A stretch of DNA of 64,000 nt from a candidate division WOR-3 bacterium (GTDB lineage Bacteria > Hydrothermota > Tepidihabitantia > B3-TA06): NCBI GenBank assembly GCA_965649265.1, contig CBFGKC010000013.1:1-64000 (forward strand). Reading direction: 5' to 3'. A model generated the notes under the pieces. The model searched no databases. It was not told where the DNA came from and worked only from the letters and a program-made list of their open reading frames with translations. Below are positions 37,901 to 47,351 of the stretch, in pieces (the first letter of the stretch is position 1; every line of letters begins with the position of its first letter). The translations under genes were made by a program, and so were the position numbers.

Positions 37901-39013
37901 TCAGAGAGGCTTCTGATATATACGGTAGGTCTTGGTGCGCCTGGAGCCCCAGGACTCTATGATGCGGATGATGTCCACGTTGTCCTCGAGTATCCAGCTG
38001 AACTCGCCGCCCTTGAACCCGTGCTTCTCGACTCCCTTGAACACCGAGTGGTAGAGGAGCGCGTCCAGACCCGACTTGCGGTACTGCGACATGACGCCCA
38101 GGATGAGGATTCTGATTCTCGTTATCTTGTGCTGGTTGAAAAGGAGTTTGAGGAAGCCGAAAGGAAACAGCTTGCCGTTGGCTAACCGGATGATCTGGTT
38201 TGCGTCAGGCACCGCGACCGCCATCGCGACGGGCCGGCCGTCCATCTCGACTATGGGCACGATATCGGGAACCGCTATGGGTTTCAGCTGCTCCACTATG
38301 TGCTCGAACTCGGCGTCGGTGAATGGCACGGCACCCCAGTTTTCCTTCCATGCCTCGTCGTGAACCGCCTTCAAAAGCCTTGCTTCCTCTTCAAGCTTCT
38401 TCATGTTTATGGGCCGGACCGTAACGTTGTAGCGCTTTTTCAGGAGTTCCACGATCCTTTCAACCTTTTCGGGCATGCCGTTCTTGGTGTAAGCCTCATA
38501 GGCGTAAACGTCCTTGATCTTTTTGAACCCCTCCCCCTCCACGAGTTTTGGATAGTAAGGGAGGGTGTAAGGCATCATCACGTAGGGTTCCTGATCGAAA
38601 CCCTCGACAAGAAGGCCGATTTCCTCGTTTATATTGGGATTCAGGGGTCCGCGTACATCAGTCATCCCGCGCAGCTTCAGCCAATCGGATGCCGCGGTGA
38701 ACAACTCGTGGGCGACTTCCTGATCATCGACGCATTCAAAAAACCCGAAGAATCCGGTCTTCTCGTTGTAAAGCTTGTTGTGGTTCCAGCACACAGTGGC
38801 CGCGATGCGGCCCGCATTTTTTTCATCCTTTTCTGCTAGAAAGAGTTCACGTTCGGCATGCTCCCAGAAAGGATTTTTCCCAGGCGTCAGCATGGCCTCA
38901 ATGTCCGATATCAGGGGCGGTACCCACTGCTTGTTACCTTTGTAGATGGGCCAGGCCATCTCCACGAACTCCCTCAGTTCCTTGCGGGTACGAGCAGGAC
39001 GGACTGAGATCAA
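37901..39013 (-). CDS. GNAT-fold YghO-like protein, probable bacterial ceramide synthase (bCerS)
   Basis: WVPPL, NPF.EH, GRIAA, GFFGFFEC, RGP.N....EIGLLVEGFD...MMPY...YY, E.SWILEDN; directly downstream of the SPT-like gene. Confidence 0.75.
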   Translation of the reverse strand: MISVRPARTRKELREFVEMAWPIYKGNKQWVPPLISDIEAMLTPGKNPFWEHAERELFLAEKDEKNAGRIAATVCWNHNKLYNEKTGFFGFFECVDDQEVAHELFTAASDWLKLRGMTDVRGPLNPNINEEIGLLVEGFDQEPYVMMPYTLPYYPKLVEGEGFKKIKDVYAYEAYTKNGMPEKVERIVELLKKRYNVTVRPINMKKLEEEARLLKAVHDEAWKENWGAVPFTDAEFEHIVEQLKPIAVPDIVPIVEMDGRPVAMAVAVPDANQIIRLANGKLFPFGFLKLLFNQHKITRIRILILGVMSQYRKSGLDALLYHSVFKGVEKHGFKGGEFSWILEDNVDIIRIIESWGSRRTKTYRIYQKPL

Positions 39014-40194
39014 AGAACCCCCGTCCTTTGACCTACGGTTCCGAATATCCCCAATGCATCATGAAGCTCCTCCTGGGTATGAGTGGCCATGTAACTCGTG
39101 CGGATGAGAGACTTTGAGGGCGGCACGCCCGGCGGAAGAACGGGATTGACGAACACGCCGGCGTGATGGAGCTCCTGCCAGAAATAGATGGTCTTCATGT
39201 CGTCGCCGAGATGCAGGGGTATGACCGGGGTTTCGCTCGTACCTATGTTAAAGCCCAGCCTGGGCAGCTCGCGCAGCATCAGACGCGCGTTGTTCCAGAG
39301 TCTCTCGCGGCGTTCGGGTTCGGTGATCATTATTTCGAGCGCCTTTAGCGCGGCGGCCGTCGATGCGGGTGTTATCGATGCCGAGAAGATGAGGGAGCGT
39401 GCGTTATGGCGGATGAAGGTGATAACCTTCTTTTCGCCTGCCATGTATCCCCCGAGCGAGGCGAAGGACTTGGAGAAGGTACCCATGATCAGGTCAACTT
39501 CTCCGGAAAGACCGAAATGTTCACACACACCAGCACCCGAAGAACCCATCACACCCACCGAGTGAGCCTCATCCACGAGAAGACGCGCCCCGTATTTTTT
39601 GCAGACCTTCACGAGTTCGGGAAGCGGTGTAATGTCGCCTTCCATCGAGAATATGCCGTCCACGACTACGAGCTTGCCCGATTCCTCTGGCAGGGATTCC
39701 AGGACTCTTGAGAGTGAACTCATGTCGTTATGGACGAACCTCTTCATGGTTCCCTGCGACAGGAATGCGCCGTCTATGATGGAGGCATGGTCAAGCTTGT
39801 CGGTCACGACGAAGTCGCCTCGCTGCACGAGCGCGGAGATGGTTCCAAGGTTGCTCTGGTAACCGGTAGAGAAACAAATACAGTCTTCCTTGTGGTTGAA
39901 CGCCGCGAGCTTCGATTCCAGTTCGAGGTGAATGTCGAGTGTGCCGTTCAGAAACCGCGAACCGGTGCAGCTTGTGCCGTACTTCTCGGTCGCCTTTATT
40001 GCCGCTTCCTTTACTCGGGGGTCTGCCGTAAGGCCGAGATAGTTGTTCGACCCGAGCATGATCATCTTTTTTCCCTTAATGATAACGTCGTGATCTGGCT
40101 GAGAGCCTATGGGTATGAAATACGGATAGTACCCCTCATCTATAGCCTTGGCGTAGATGGGGTAATAATCTTCACACTTCTGGAAAAGATCCAA
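39010..40194 (-). CDS. spt: Serine palmitoyltransferase-like alpha-oxoamine synthase (PLP)
   Basis: YYPYF, GSNNYLGL, GT.CTGSRFLNGTLDIH, DHASIIDG, DEAHS.G, GTFSKS PLP lysine motif. Confidence 0.8.
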   Translation of the reverse strand: MDLFQKCEDYYPIYAKAIDEGYYPYFIPIGSQPDHDVIIKGKKMIMLGSNNYLGLTADPRVKEAAIKATEKYGTSCTGSRFLNGTLDIHLELESKLAAFNHKEDCICFSTGYQSNLGTISALVQRGDFVVTDKLDHASIIDGAFLSQGTMKRFVHNDMSSLSRVLESLPEESGKLVVVDGIFSMEGDITPLPELVKVCKKYGARLLVDEAHSVGVMGSSGAGVCEHFGLSGEVDLIMGTFSKSFASLGGYMAGEKKVITFIRHNARSLIFSASITPASTAAALKALEIMITEPERRERLWNNARLMLRELPRLGFNIGTSETPVIPLHLGDDMKTIYFWQELHHAGVFVNPVLPPGVPPSKSLIRTSYMATHTQEELHDALGIFGTVGQRTGVL

Positions 40195-40458
40195 TTCTGC
40201 CTCCGTGACCTTGTAAAAGCGATTCTACGCCCGATGCTCGGGATTGTCAACTCCCGGTGTCAGGTATACGAAGGATGAGCATAATGCTTTCCCGGATAGT
40301 TAAGAAGGCAGGGCTAAGTAACGACTTCTTGAGATTTCCGAAGAGAAATCGAGTTAAGCTCTCCGGACTCAGGGGGGAGGTCTCTGGAAACCAGACAAGG
40401 CAGAAATAAACAGGGGGAAACCGGAAAACACGATCGGGGGGGCTTGTTCGGGATAAAG

Positions 40459-41448
40459 CTACTTGAGGAGCACGAACCGTGCCATGGTGCTTCGTTGAGG
40501 GTATATGATACGCACGCCGTAGACACCGGATGCACACCCGTGGCCGGACATATCCTGACCTGACCACCGGACTTCGTAATCGGGAGGCAGCGCTTTACCC
40601 CAGTATATGCGCTGGCCGACCGAGTTAAATATCTCGTAAATCACCTCGTTCTGGCCGGTCCACCCGTTAGGGAATCGAATCAGAACCTGTCCCCTGGCTA
40701 TTGAAGGCTCTAATATGATTTTGGATCTCAACGTATCCTCAGGGGTTGTGTCGGGCTTGGGCTCGTTAAACAGGCTTACCGCCCGATAACTGGAGTACGC
40801 AGACCATGACGCGGAGGGGTTGTACCAGACCCGGCACGCGGAGCCTGAAGCCTCGTAGAGTGCGAATGTTCCGTAAGGGGGATTGGGGCCCGGGTCGGCA
40901 ACGAGCACAATGTGGTGACCCAGGTAGGCAAGGGCGTCGCCGGGTTGAACCTGGGATTTGTCTATCTTGTAGTTTCTGTTGTAAACGCCGTCAACGTTCG
41001 TTCGTGCGATGCCCCAGACCCGGCAGACGAACGCGGAGCAGTCGATGCCCGTTGTCCAGTCGGGAGGGTAGATGCCGGTCTCTTCGCCATAGTTGTAGTA
41101 GTGGCACATGTGATTGCCCGCTCCGAGGTCCTGGGTGAGTTTGTCAGGGTAGCTCGTGGTATCATCGTTGCCGCCGTAGGAGTAGGGTATGCCCTGAAAG
41201 GTGTCTCCCGCTGTCCAGTCGGATGAGCGGTGCTCCTCGCAGTCGTGCGAGGAGAACCCCCAGCGGTAGTAAGCGGTGTCCCAGTCACATGTGTTGGCAG
41301 AATCCGCAATCCAAGTTAAGGAAGCAAAACTCTCCGCCCGCTCGAGGATGAGTTCGCGGGTAGGAGGGGCGGGCTGGGGCGAGTCGATGGCGAGGGGGGC
41401 GAGGATGGCGAGGAGGGCGAATCCCGGGGTCATAAGGAGGGTCTCCAT
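40459..41448 (-). CDS. Secreted NlpC/P60 (C40-like) hydrolase with T9SS/FlgD-like tail
   Basis: GIPYSYGG, GIDCSAFV (Cys), QPGDAL, HHIVLV (His), YEASG; tail IFNSVGQ.I...W.GQD..G...SGVY; true start may be ATG 41433. Confidence 0.8.
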   Translation of the reverse strand: METLLMTPGFALLAILAPLAIDSPQPAPPTRELILERAESFASLTWIADSANTCDWDTAYYRWGFSSHDCEEHRSSDWTAGDTFQGIPYSYGGNDDTTSYPDKLTQDLGAGNHMCHYYNYGEETGIYPPDWTTGIDCSAFVCRVWGIARTNVDGVYNRNYKIDKSQVQPGDALAYLGHHIVLVADPGPNPPYGTFALYEASGSACRVWYNPSASWSAYSSYRAVSLFNEPKPDTTPEDTLRSKIILEPSIARGQVLIRFPNGWTGQNEVIYEIFNSVGQRIYWGKALPPDYEVRWSGQDMSGHGCASGVYGVRIIYPQRSTMARFVLLK

Positions 41449-42341
41449 CTGAGTATCGCCGCCTTGCTGTCAGGAATTGATGCAAAGATATAAATGTTAC
41501 CGGAATCATTTACCGAAACGTTTCGCCAGTCCTGGTTGTAGAAAAAGTAATCTACAGACAAGTGATCAATTAATCTTGTGGGAACATCGTTTGCTCTTAC
41601 GTAAAGATATCTCTCAATAGTGGTCAATCCTTTCCTGCTCCTCGTATCCTTACCGCCTAATATGATTCTTATTGAGTTACTATCTTTAAGAAAAGGCAAG
41701 GCCTGCTTAGATTTTCTGTATATTTCTTCCGAAAGGTCTGTTGAAAAACCGTCGTGATAATCTGCGGTATAACCAAATCCCATCCGATCAAAATATTTTG
41801 ATTCTTTTAAGTAAAACTTCTTTTGAGATTGCTGACAACTCAGAAGACCGCCTAAATCCAGTACAGGATTCAAAGGGTAGAATCTTCTTCCAGACAGAAT
41901 CAATATTATATCCTCAGGATACACAACAATATTTACAGGTCTCAGACTGGCATTTCTTACCTCCAATCGCTCCGACTCTTTTCCTTTATCGTAAGCAACA
42001 ACTATGGAGGGGTTTAAACAACCAGTCAAAACGTACACCCTGTCCGAACCGTCGACCGCCATGTCCAGGGGCTTGTAATCTAGTTTGATTTCGGAGAGAA
42101 ATGACCCCGATGTGTCGTAACACAGAACCCTTGAGTTGAGCTGGTCGAGCAGATAAAGCTTCGAGTTTACGGCAAGGAGCCTTGCCGGCCCCTGGGGCTT
42201 GTCACCAGGTATTAGCCCGACCTGGTACTCGCCCGAGCCCTGGGAGAAGAGGGCGACCTCTTCGGGTCCGACATAAGGAATGCTGTCAGGGGGGTAGGTT
42301 AGAAGTGAGAGGACAAGGAGAATCAATATACTGCACGCCAT
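41430..42341 (-). CDS. Secreted NHL-like beta-propeller protein (paralog 3)
   Basis: SQGSG..QVGL, GP.RL, LYLLDQLNSRVLC.DT.G, WRNV..D.GN.Y.F, AAILRW; true start may be TTG 42326. Confidence 0.75.
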   Translation of the reverse strand: MACSILILLVLSLLTYPPDSIPYVGPEEVALFSQGSGEYQVGLIPGDKPQGPARLLAVNSKLYLLDQLNSRVLCYDTSGSFLSEIKLDYKPLDMAVDGSDRVYVLTGCLNPSIVVAYDKGKESERLEVRNASLRPVNIVVYPEDIILILSGRRFYPLNPVLDLGGLLSCQQSQKKFYLKESKYFDRMGFGYTADYHDGFSTDLSEEIYRKSKQALPFLKDSNSIRIILGGKDTRSRKGLTTIERYLYVRANDVPTRLIDHLSVDYFFYNQDWRNVSVNDSGNIYIFASIPDSKAAILRWRPSL

Positions 42342-43186
42342 CTGAGTATCGCCGCCCAGCCTTCCTCGGTGGATGTGAACGCGTAGACGTTGCCGTATTG
42401 ATCGATGGTGACGTTGCGCCAGCCGGTATCGTAACAGTAAAAGTTATCCGGCAGTGAGATGAACGCAGGTTCCTCGTCGGAGTCGGAGAGAACGAGAATA
42501 TCCCGCAAATAGAAGGAGCCGGATTTGTCCTGAATCAACTCCTCGGAACCGATCCATACACGACCCGAGCCGTAGGCGAGCAGCACTTCATGCTTTCTGT
42601 TTCTTACGGGGTTATCGAGTCCGATGAATCTGATGCCCGATACCTCTATTCCTGCGATTGAATCGGGATCAAGCGCCTTGAGATTGGCGGCGGCTGTTTG
42701 CCCGGCTGAGGAGCCTTCCCGAACAATCGCAAAGAGTTCCATCCCCGAAACCGCAATCAGGCTGTCCGGCGGGTGCGCGACGATTGCGGTCACCGGATGT
42801 TTGATGTCGTATGGTACAGAGATTCTTTCGACCTCGATCCCATCTTTGATAACCGCTATCCTGGCGGGCTGGGTGCGGATATCGAGGAGGTAGAGCGCAC
42901 CGGATTCGCCGACTGCCAGGTCCCATGTGTGGAAAGTGGTTTTGATCTCCCTGAGGTCACTCCCCGTGGTGTCGAAGCACAGAACCCTCGAGTTGAGCTG
43001 GTCCAGGAGATAGAGGTTCGAGCCCGCGCACGTCAGGCGGTAAGGACCCACTGGGACGTCCTCAAAGGATAGACCGACCTGGCCGGTGCCTGAACCTTGC
43101 GAAAGCAAGATAAGGGTGTCGGGCCCGGCATACGAGAACGCCCACATCGACGAGACTGCAAACAATAAAAGCATCATCCTTTTCAT
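42323..43186 (-). CDS. Secreted NHL-like beta-propeller protein (paralog 2)
   Basis: Signal peptide; same motifs; promoter TTGACA-16-TATTCT (43194-221) ending 7 nt before ATG. Confidence 0.78.
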   Translation of the reverse strand: MKRMMLLLFAVSSMWAFSYAGPDTLILLSQGSGTGQVGLSFEDVPVGPYRLTCAGSNLYLLDQLNSRVLCFDTTGSDLREIKTTFHTWDLAVGESGALYLLDIRTQPARIAVIKDGIEVERISVPYDIKHPVTAIVAHPPDSLIAVSGMELFAIVREGSSAGQTAAANLKALDPDSIAGIEVSGIRFIGLDNPVRNRKHEVLLAYGSGRVWIGSEELIQDKSGSFYLRDILVLSDSDEEPAFISLPDNFYCYDTGWRNVTIDQYGNVYAFTSTEEGWAAILRWRAVY

Positions 43187-43228
43187 TATTCTTAGAATAG
43201 GCGCGGGGGATTGGTTGTCAAGTCCGGA

Positions 43229-44179
43229 TTATTCTCCGGCCTTCCAGCGGAGTATGTGCGAGTAGTCGTCGAGCAGGTGTGTTCTAAAAAGGTATATGTC
43301 GCCCGAGGGTGCTATTGCTATATCGTGGTTTGCGTAGTCGTAGGCCGAGGAGCCCGGTTCGAGTCCGGTAATTTCCGTAAGAATCCTTCCATCTTTTATA
43401 ACGATGAGCCTGCGTGCGATGTACTTGTTACCCTCGTTGTCGGTCTGGATAGACGTTCCGACGACATAAAGCCTGCCCAGCCTGTCATCTGCATGAAACT
43501 GGAAGAGTTCGCGGTCTAGCGGCTCGAGGCGAACTGGGGATATGCCGCCTGATGCGGTCTTGCCCGTGAACTCCGCCTCCCAGGTATCAGGAACCCTGCC
43601 TATGTGGGAATCGGTAAGCAGGTATCTGCCCGGTCTCTCGCCCATCGGCAGCAGTCTGTAATTTTGAACATCCTTTAACTTTCCCGACTCCCCCCCCTCC
43701 TCGACCGGAACGAGCTTGTATGCGAACCCGCCCGAAAGAAGCAAGCAGTCGCCCGAGGGTGATATGCAAACCTCTGTTACGGACGGCGAGTCCTTTAGCG
43801 AGAACTCCATCCGCGAAATTTCCTCGCCGCGCGAGTAGGTGGAGATGAAGCCGGGTTCGACCCTGGACTCGAGGAACCACAGCTGACCCTTTGAGTCATA
43901 AGTCACGTCAGCAGGGCAGAAAGGGACGTGAAGGGAATCCTTGACGTTGCCTGACAGATCGAATGTCAAAAGCTTGTGATCGAGCCTTGCAAGAAGAAAG
44001 ATAGTTGTATCCGACACAAGAAGTCTCAGCGGTCCATGCCCTGCACCCTCGCGTACGAACCCCAGACCGTTCTGCGCTCTCTCTGTAAAGCGCGCGACTT
44101 CAACGGGATCTTCGTAAGTCAATGCCTGAAGCGAAAGAACGAAGCCTGCAAGAGTGATAATGGATAGTATCCGTCCCAT
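43229..44179 (-). CDS. Secreted NHL-like beta-propeller protein (paralog 1, more divergent)
   Basis: Signal peptide; GP.RL, FLL..LD.KL..FD.SG, DIAI..SGDIYLF, ILRW; promoter 44186-44213. Confidence 0.72.
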   Translation of the reverse strand: MGRILSIITLAGFVLSLQALTYEDPVEVARFTERAQNGLGFVREGAGHGPLRLLVSDTTIFLLARLDHKLLTFDLSGNVKDSLHVPFCPADVTYDSKGQLWFLESRVEPGFISTYSRGEEISRMEFSLKDSPSVTEVCISPSGDCLLLSGGFAYKLVPVEEGGESGKLKDVQNYRLLPMGERPGRYLLTDSHIGRVPDTWEAEFTGKTASGGISPVRLEPLDRELFQFHADDRLGRLYVVGTSIQTDNEGNKYIARRLIVIKDGRILTEITGLEPGSSAYDYANHDIAIAPSGDIYLFRTHLLDDYSHILRWKAGE

Positions 44180-44295
44180 TGGCGAAGCGTACTCTGGTAT
44201 ACTCCATTGTCAACGAAAAGCGGTAAGTCCAATGAATGATTCGGAGTAAGCTGCGGCCCCCGGAGGAATACCGTGTATTCCTCCGGGGGATTAAA

Positions 44296-45249
44296 TCAAA
44301 AGTTGTACGTCACATCCACAAAAGGTATCCCCGGGAATATCTCCGCGAACATCCCGTTACCCGCCATGTTAAGGAATACGACATCGACGCTGAATCTCTC
44401 GCCGAAAAAGCGAAGCCCATAAGATAGGCCCACGATCTGGTTAAGATCGGGAACATAGTAATTCTCGGTAACGAAGGAAACCCCTCGCCACAAGCGAAAG
44501 TCTGCGCCGAGCATAAAAGCCGGTGACTGCATGGCGTAAACATCCCTGCCGGCGAAATACCCGGATTCACCGTACACGCCGTAACCGATCCCTGCGGTAA
44601 TGCTTGCGTTGGAATTTCCTATGGTTCCCGCGGAGTAGGCGAGGGTTATGTTGGGCAGGCCGTATTCACCAAGCCCCCAAAGACCGATGACGCCTGCCGA
44701 TAGTGCGAGATTATCCGTCAGGTTGAAGCCTATCTTGGGCATGAAAAGAAGCTCCTGACCGCCGATGCCGAGTCCCGGTATAAGGGTCACTCCGCCTGCG
44801 ATGGAGATGTTTTCGGTTATCCCGTACGAGGCGTATGGGAAGAACAGCATGTAATCGGAAGCGTAACCCCTGCCCTTGCCCTGCGGCCGGCCGGTGGGGC
44901 CCAAAATAAGTCTCGAGGAGTTAGGATTGGGAAACCAGTACTTGCCGTTTCTGATAGAGTTCTCCGGAACCTCCCTTATTCTTTTGATTTGAGATATGCC
45001 CATCGTGATCTCCCCGAAGCTCGTTTGAAAACGTACAGATTCCGTCCCGATTTCGACTATTCTTCCAATGAACGACGAGCCTTCGTCCGTATATAATATC
45101 TGGACGTTTCCCGATTCAGGCAACGCTAAACCCTCAAGGGCAGAAAGGCTTGCAGGAATAATGAAGGCTAAGGCCGTCAATAACCCGGCCAGGGCCTTGT
45201 TCATCGAATGCATCTCGATTATGCTGGATTTTACGGTAAGGCGTTCCAT
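44296..45249 (-). CDS. Putative outer-membrane protein (paralog 2)
   Basis: ATG 45249 after AAGGAGG; GKYWFPNPN.SRL...PT.RP...G.GY; FVTENY; YGLRFFGE; C-terminal YNF. Confidence 0.75.
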   Translation of the reverse strand: MERLTVKSSIIEMHSMNKALAGLLTALAFIIPASLSALEGLALPESGNVQILYTDEGSSFIGRIVEIGTESVRFQTSFGEITMGISQIKRIREVPENSIRNGKYWFPNPNSSRLILGPTGRPQGKGRGYASDYMLFFPYASYGITENISIAGGVTLIPGLGIGGQELLFMPKIGFNLTDNLALSAGVIGLWGLGEYGLPNITLAYSAGTIGNSNASITAGIGYGVYGESGYFAGRDVYAMQSPAFMLGADFRLWRGVSFVTENYYVPDLNQIVGLSYGLRFFGERFSVDVVFLNMAGNGMFAEIFPGIPFVDVTYNF

Positions 45250-45412
45250 TTTTCCTCCTTTTTTCACTCACGAAGTCCCTGAAGACTCCCTTCTCGCCTT
45301 ATAGTTGTGGAACTATATCCTTAAACGACGGCTTTGTCAAGCCAGGTCGTCTTTGAGTGGTCCTACGCATAGTAGTATAAAAGAGATGTGAAGTATCCGG
45401 GGTTCGATCGGC

Positions 45413-46348
45413 CTAGAATTTGTAGGTGATGGCCGCTACCGGCAGCCCGGGAAATTTACCGGAGAAGCCGTCGTACCCGACAGTATTGATGAAGGCAACA
45501 TCCAGGGTAACCTTCTCGCCGAAGAAGCGAAGGCCGTAAGTGACTATAGGACTGTAATTTAACCAATTCTGGATAAGATAGTTCTCGGTTACGAAGGCCA
45601 TCTTGCGAAGGATCCTGATGCTCGACCCGACAACGAATGCGGGCGTCGTGGAGAATAACGTATCGCCAGGATTTGTTCCCTTGTAGGCGGCATATCCTCC
45701 ACCCAGGGTTGCGCTCAACTCAGGCGGTCCAAGTGTCACAAGTAAGAAGGCCGCCCCTAGCGCAGGCGAGAAACTTTCGCCTCCCCAGGCCTTTGCGGCC
45801 GCAGCGCCGCCGGCTAAAGAGACGAAATTACCGAAGGATATCCCGAACTTTGACAAGACGTAGAGTCCGCCGATCTGGGTTGACAAAAGGAAGGTTCCAC
45901 CCCCTGCGAGCGAGACGTTATTTGTCAGTCCGTAGGCGGCGAGCGGTGCAATAATATAATAACCCGAGACATACCCTTCTCCTTTGTTCAGGGGGCGTGC
46001 TGTAGGCGTCAGGTAAAGCCTTGATGCATTCGGGTCGGGATACCAGTACTTGCCGTTCTTGATGCTCGTGAAAGGAACCTCAGCGATAGATTTTATATCC
46101 GGGATAAATACCACCGTGTCGGTGGAGTCGGTTCGGAAGCTAATCTCGTCGCCCAGAATCTTCTCTATCCTGCCGATAAGGGTTGCCCCTTTTTTTGTGA
46201 TGAGAATCTGCAGATTAGCGGAATCGGGAAGTTTTATGTGATCCTCAACCCTTTCAGCAGTCTTGCAATATACTTCCCCACCAGGTATTAACAGGGCGAG
46301 CAATCCGAAAGTCAGTACCCACAAAGATTTCATTATCTGCTTCCTCAT
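45413..46348 (-). CDS. Putative outer-membrane protein (paralog 1)
   Basis: Same motifs; C-terminal YKF; start may be ATG 46333. Confidence 0.75.
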   Translation of the reverse strand: MRKQIMKSLWVLTFGLLALLIPGGEVYCKTAERVEDHIKLPDSANLQILITKKGATLIGRIEKILGDEISFRTDSTDTVVFIPDIKSIAEVPFTSIKNGKYWYPDPNASRLYLTPTARPLNKGEGYVSGYYIIAPLAAYGLTNNVSLAGGGTFLLSTQIGGLYVLSKFGISFGNFVSLAGGAAAAKAWGGESFSPALGAAFLLVTLGPPELSATLGGGYAAYKGTNPGDTLFSTTPAFVVGSSIRILRKMAFVTENYLIQNWLNYSPIVTYGLRFFGEKVTLDVAFINTVGYDGFSGKFPGLPVAAITYKF

Positions 46349-46394
46349 AATACTTTAAACGGATTAGAGTACTTGTCAACCTGTCCGGGGGAAA

Positions 46395-47222
46395 TCAGTG
46401 GAAGCTTTCTTCTTCGTCAGGGAACGATCCCTTTTGCACGTCACTTGCGTATGAATCGAGCGCCGCTCTGACTGTCTCTGCCAGTTCGGCATATCGTCTC
46501 ACGAACCGCGGCTTGAAGACGGGATCGAGGCCGAGAAGATCGTAAAGAACGAGTATCTGGCCGTCGCAGTCCGGTCCGGCACCGATGCCGATAGTCGGAA
46601 TTGACAGGGAGTCGGTTATTCGTCCGGCGAGCGGTGAAGGTATCTTTTCGAGAACAATGGAGAAGCAGCCGGCCTGTTCGAGGAGTTTCGCTTCGTCAAG
46701 GATGAGTTCGGCATCTGCATCCTCCCTGCCCTGAAGCTTATACCCTCCGAAGCGATTAACGGACTGGGGGGTAAGCCCCAGATGTCCCATGACAGGTATG
46801 CCTATCTCCACCAGCTTGGAGACTATCTCGCGGATATGGGGGCCTCCCCCCTCCACCTTCACAGCCTTCGCGCCCGCCTTGAGAAAGAGACCGGCGTTGG
46901 TGATGGCGACCTCCTCGGAAGGCTGGTAGGAGAGAAATGGCATATCGGCGACGAGGAGCGGATGAGTAAGACCCGAGTTGACCGCCCTGGTCAGCATGAG
47001 CATTTCATCCATCGTGATCGGAAGAGTGGTGTCGTGTCCCCATATTACGTTGGACGCCGAATCCCCAACCAGAACGAGGTGAATAGGAGTGTCGTCGATG
47101 ATACGGGCGAAACTCGCATCGTAGCAGGTGACTGAGGCTATCTTATTCTTACCCTTCATCGCGCGGATGTCGGGAACCGTGATCGCCTTGGGTTTCGCTT
47201 CCCCTGGTGAGGCGTTACTCAT
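46395..47222 (-). CDS. panB: 3-methyl-2-oxobutanoate hydroxymethyltransferase
   Basis: TCYDA, LVGDS, VADMPFLSY, VK.EGG, MGHLGLTPQS, TIGIGAG..CDGQILV. Confidence 0.97.
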   Translation of the reverse strand: MSNASPGEAKPKAITVPDIRAMKGKNKIASVTCYDASFARIIDDTPIHLVLVGDSASNVIWGHDTTLPITMDEMLMLTRAVNSGLTHPLLVADMPFLSYQPSEEVAITNAGLFLKAGAKAVKVEGGGPHIREIVSKLVEIGIPVMGHLGLTPQSVNRFGGYKLQGREDADAELILDEAKLLEQAGCFSIVLEKIPSPLAGRITDSLSIPTIGIGAGPDCDGQILVLYDLLGLDPVFKPRFVRRYAELAETVRAALDSYASDVQKGSFPDEEESFH

Positions 47223-47351
47223 AACCTGCCGCCTTGATGCCTGGTCGAGTAAGAGATGTGGGGCCTTAAGATGACAAAATTCAGGGTTAAAGAAGGGGTC
47301 CTCCGGAGTGGGGGGGGGCCAAGAAATTGCAGAGCAATTTCTTGGTTTTTT

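Noticed and set aside
47223-47290. pan RNA motif upstream of panB
   Set aside because: Only a vague resemblance; I could not fold a convincing stem. Needs an Rfam scan
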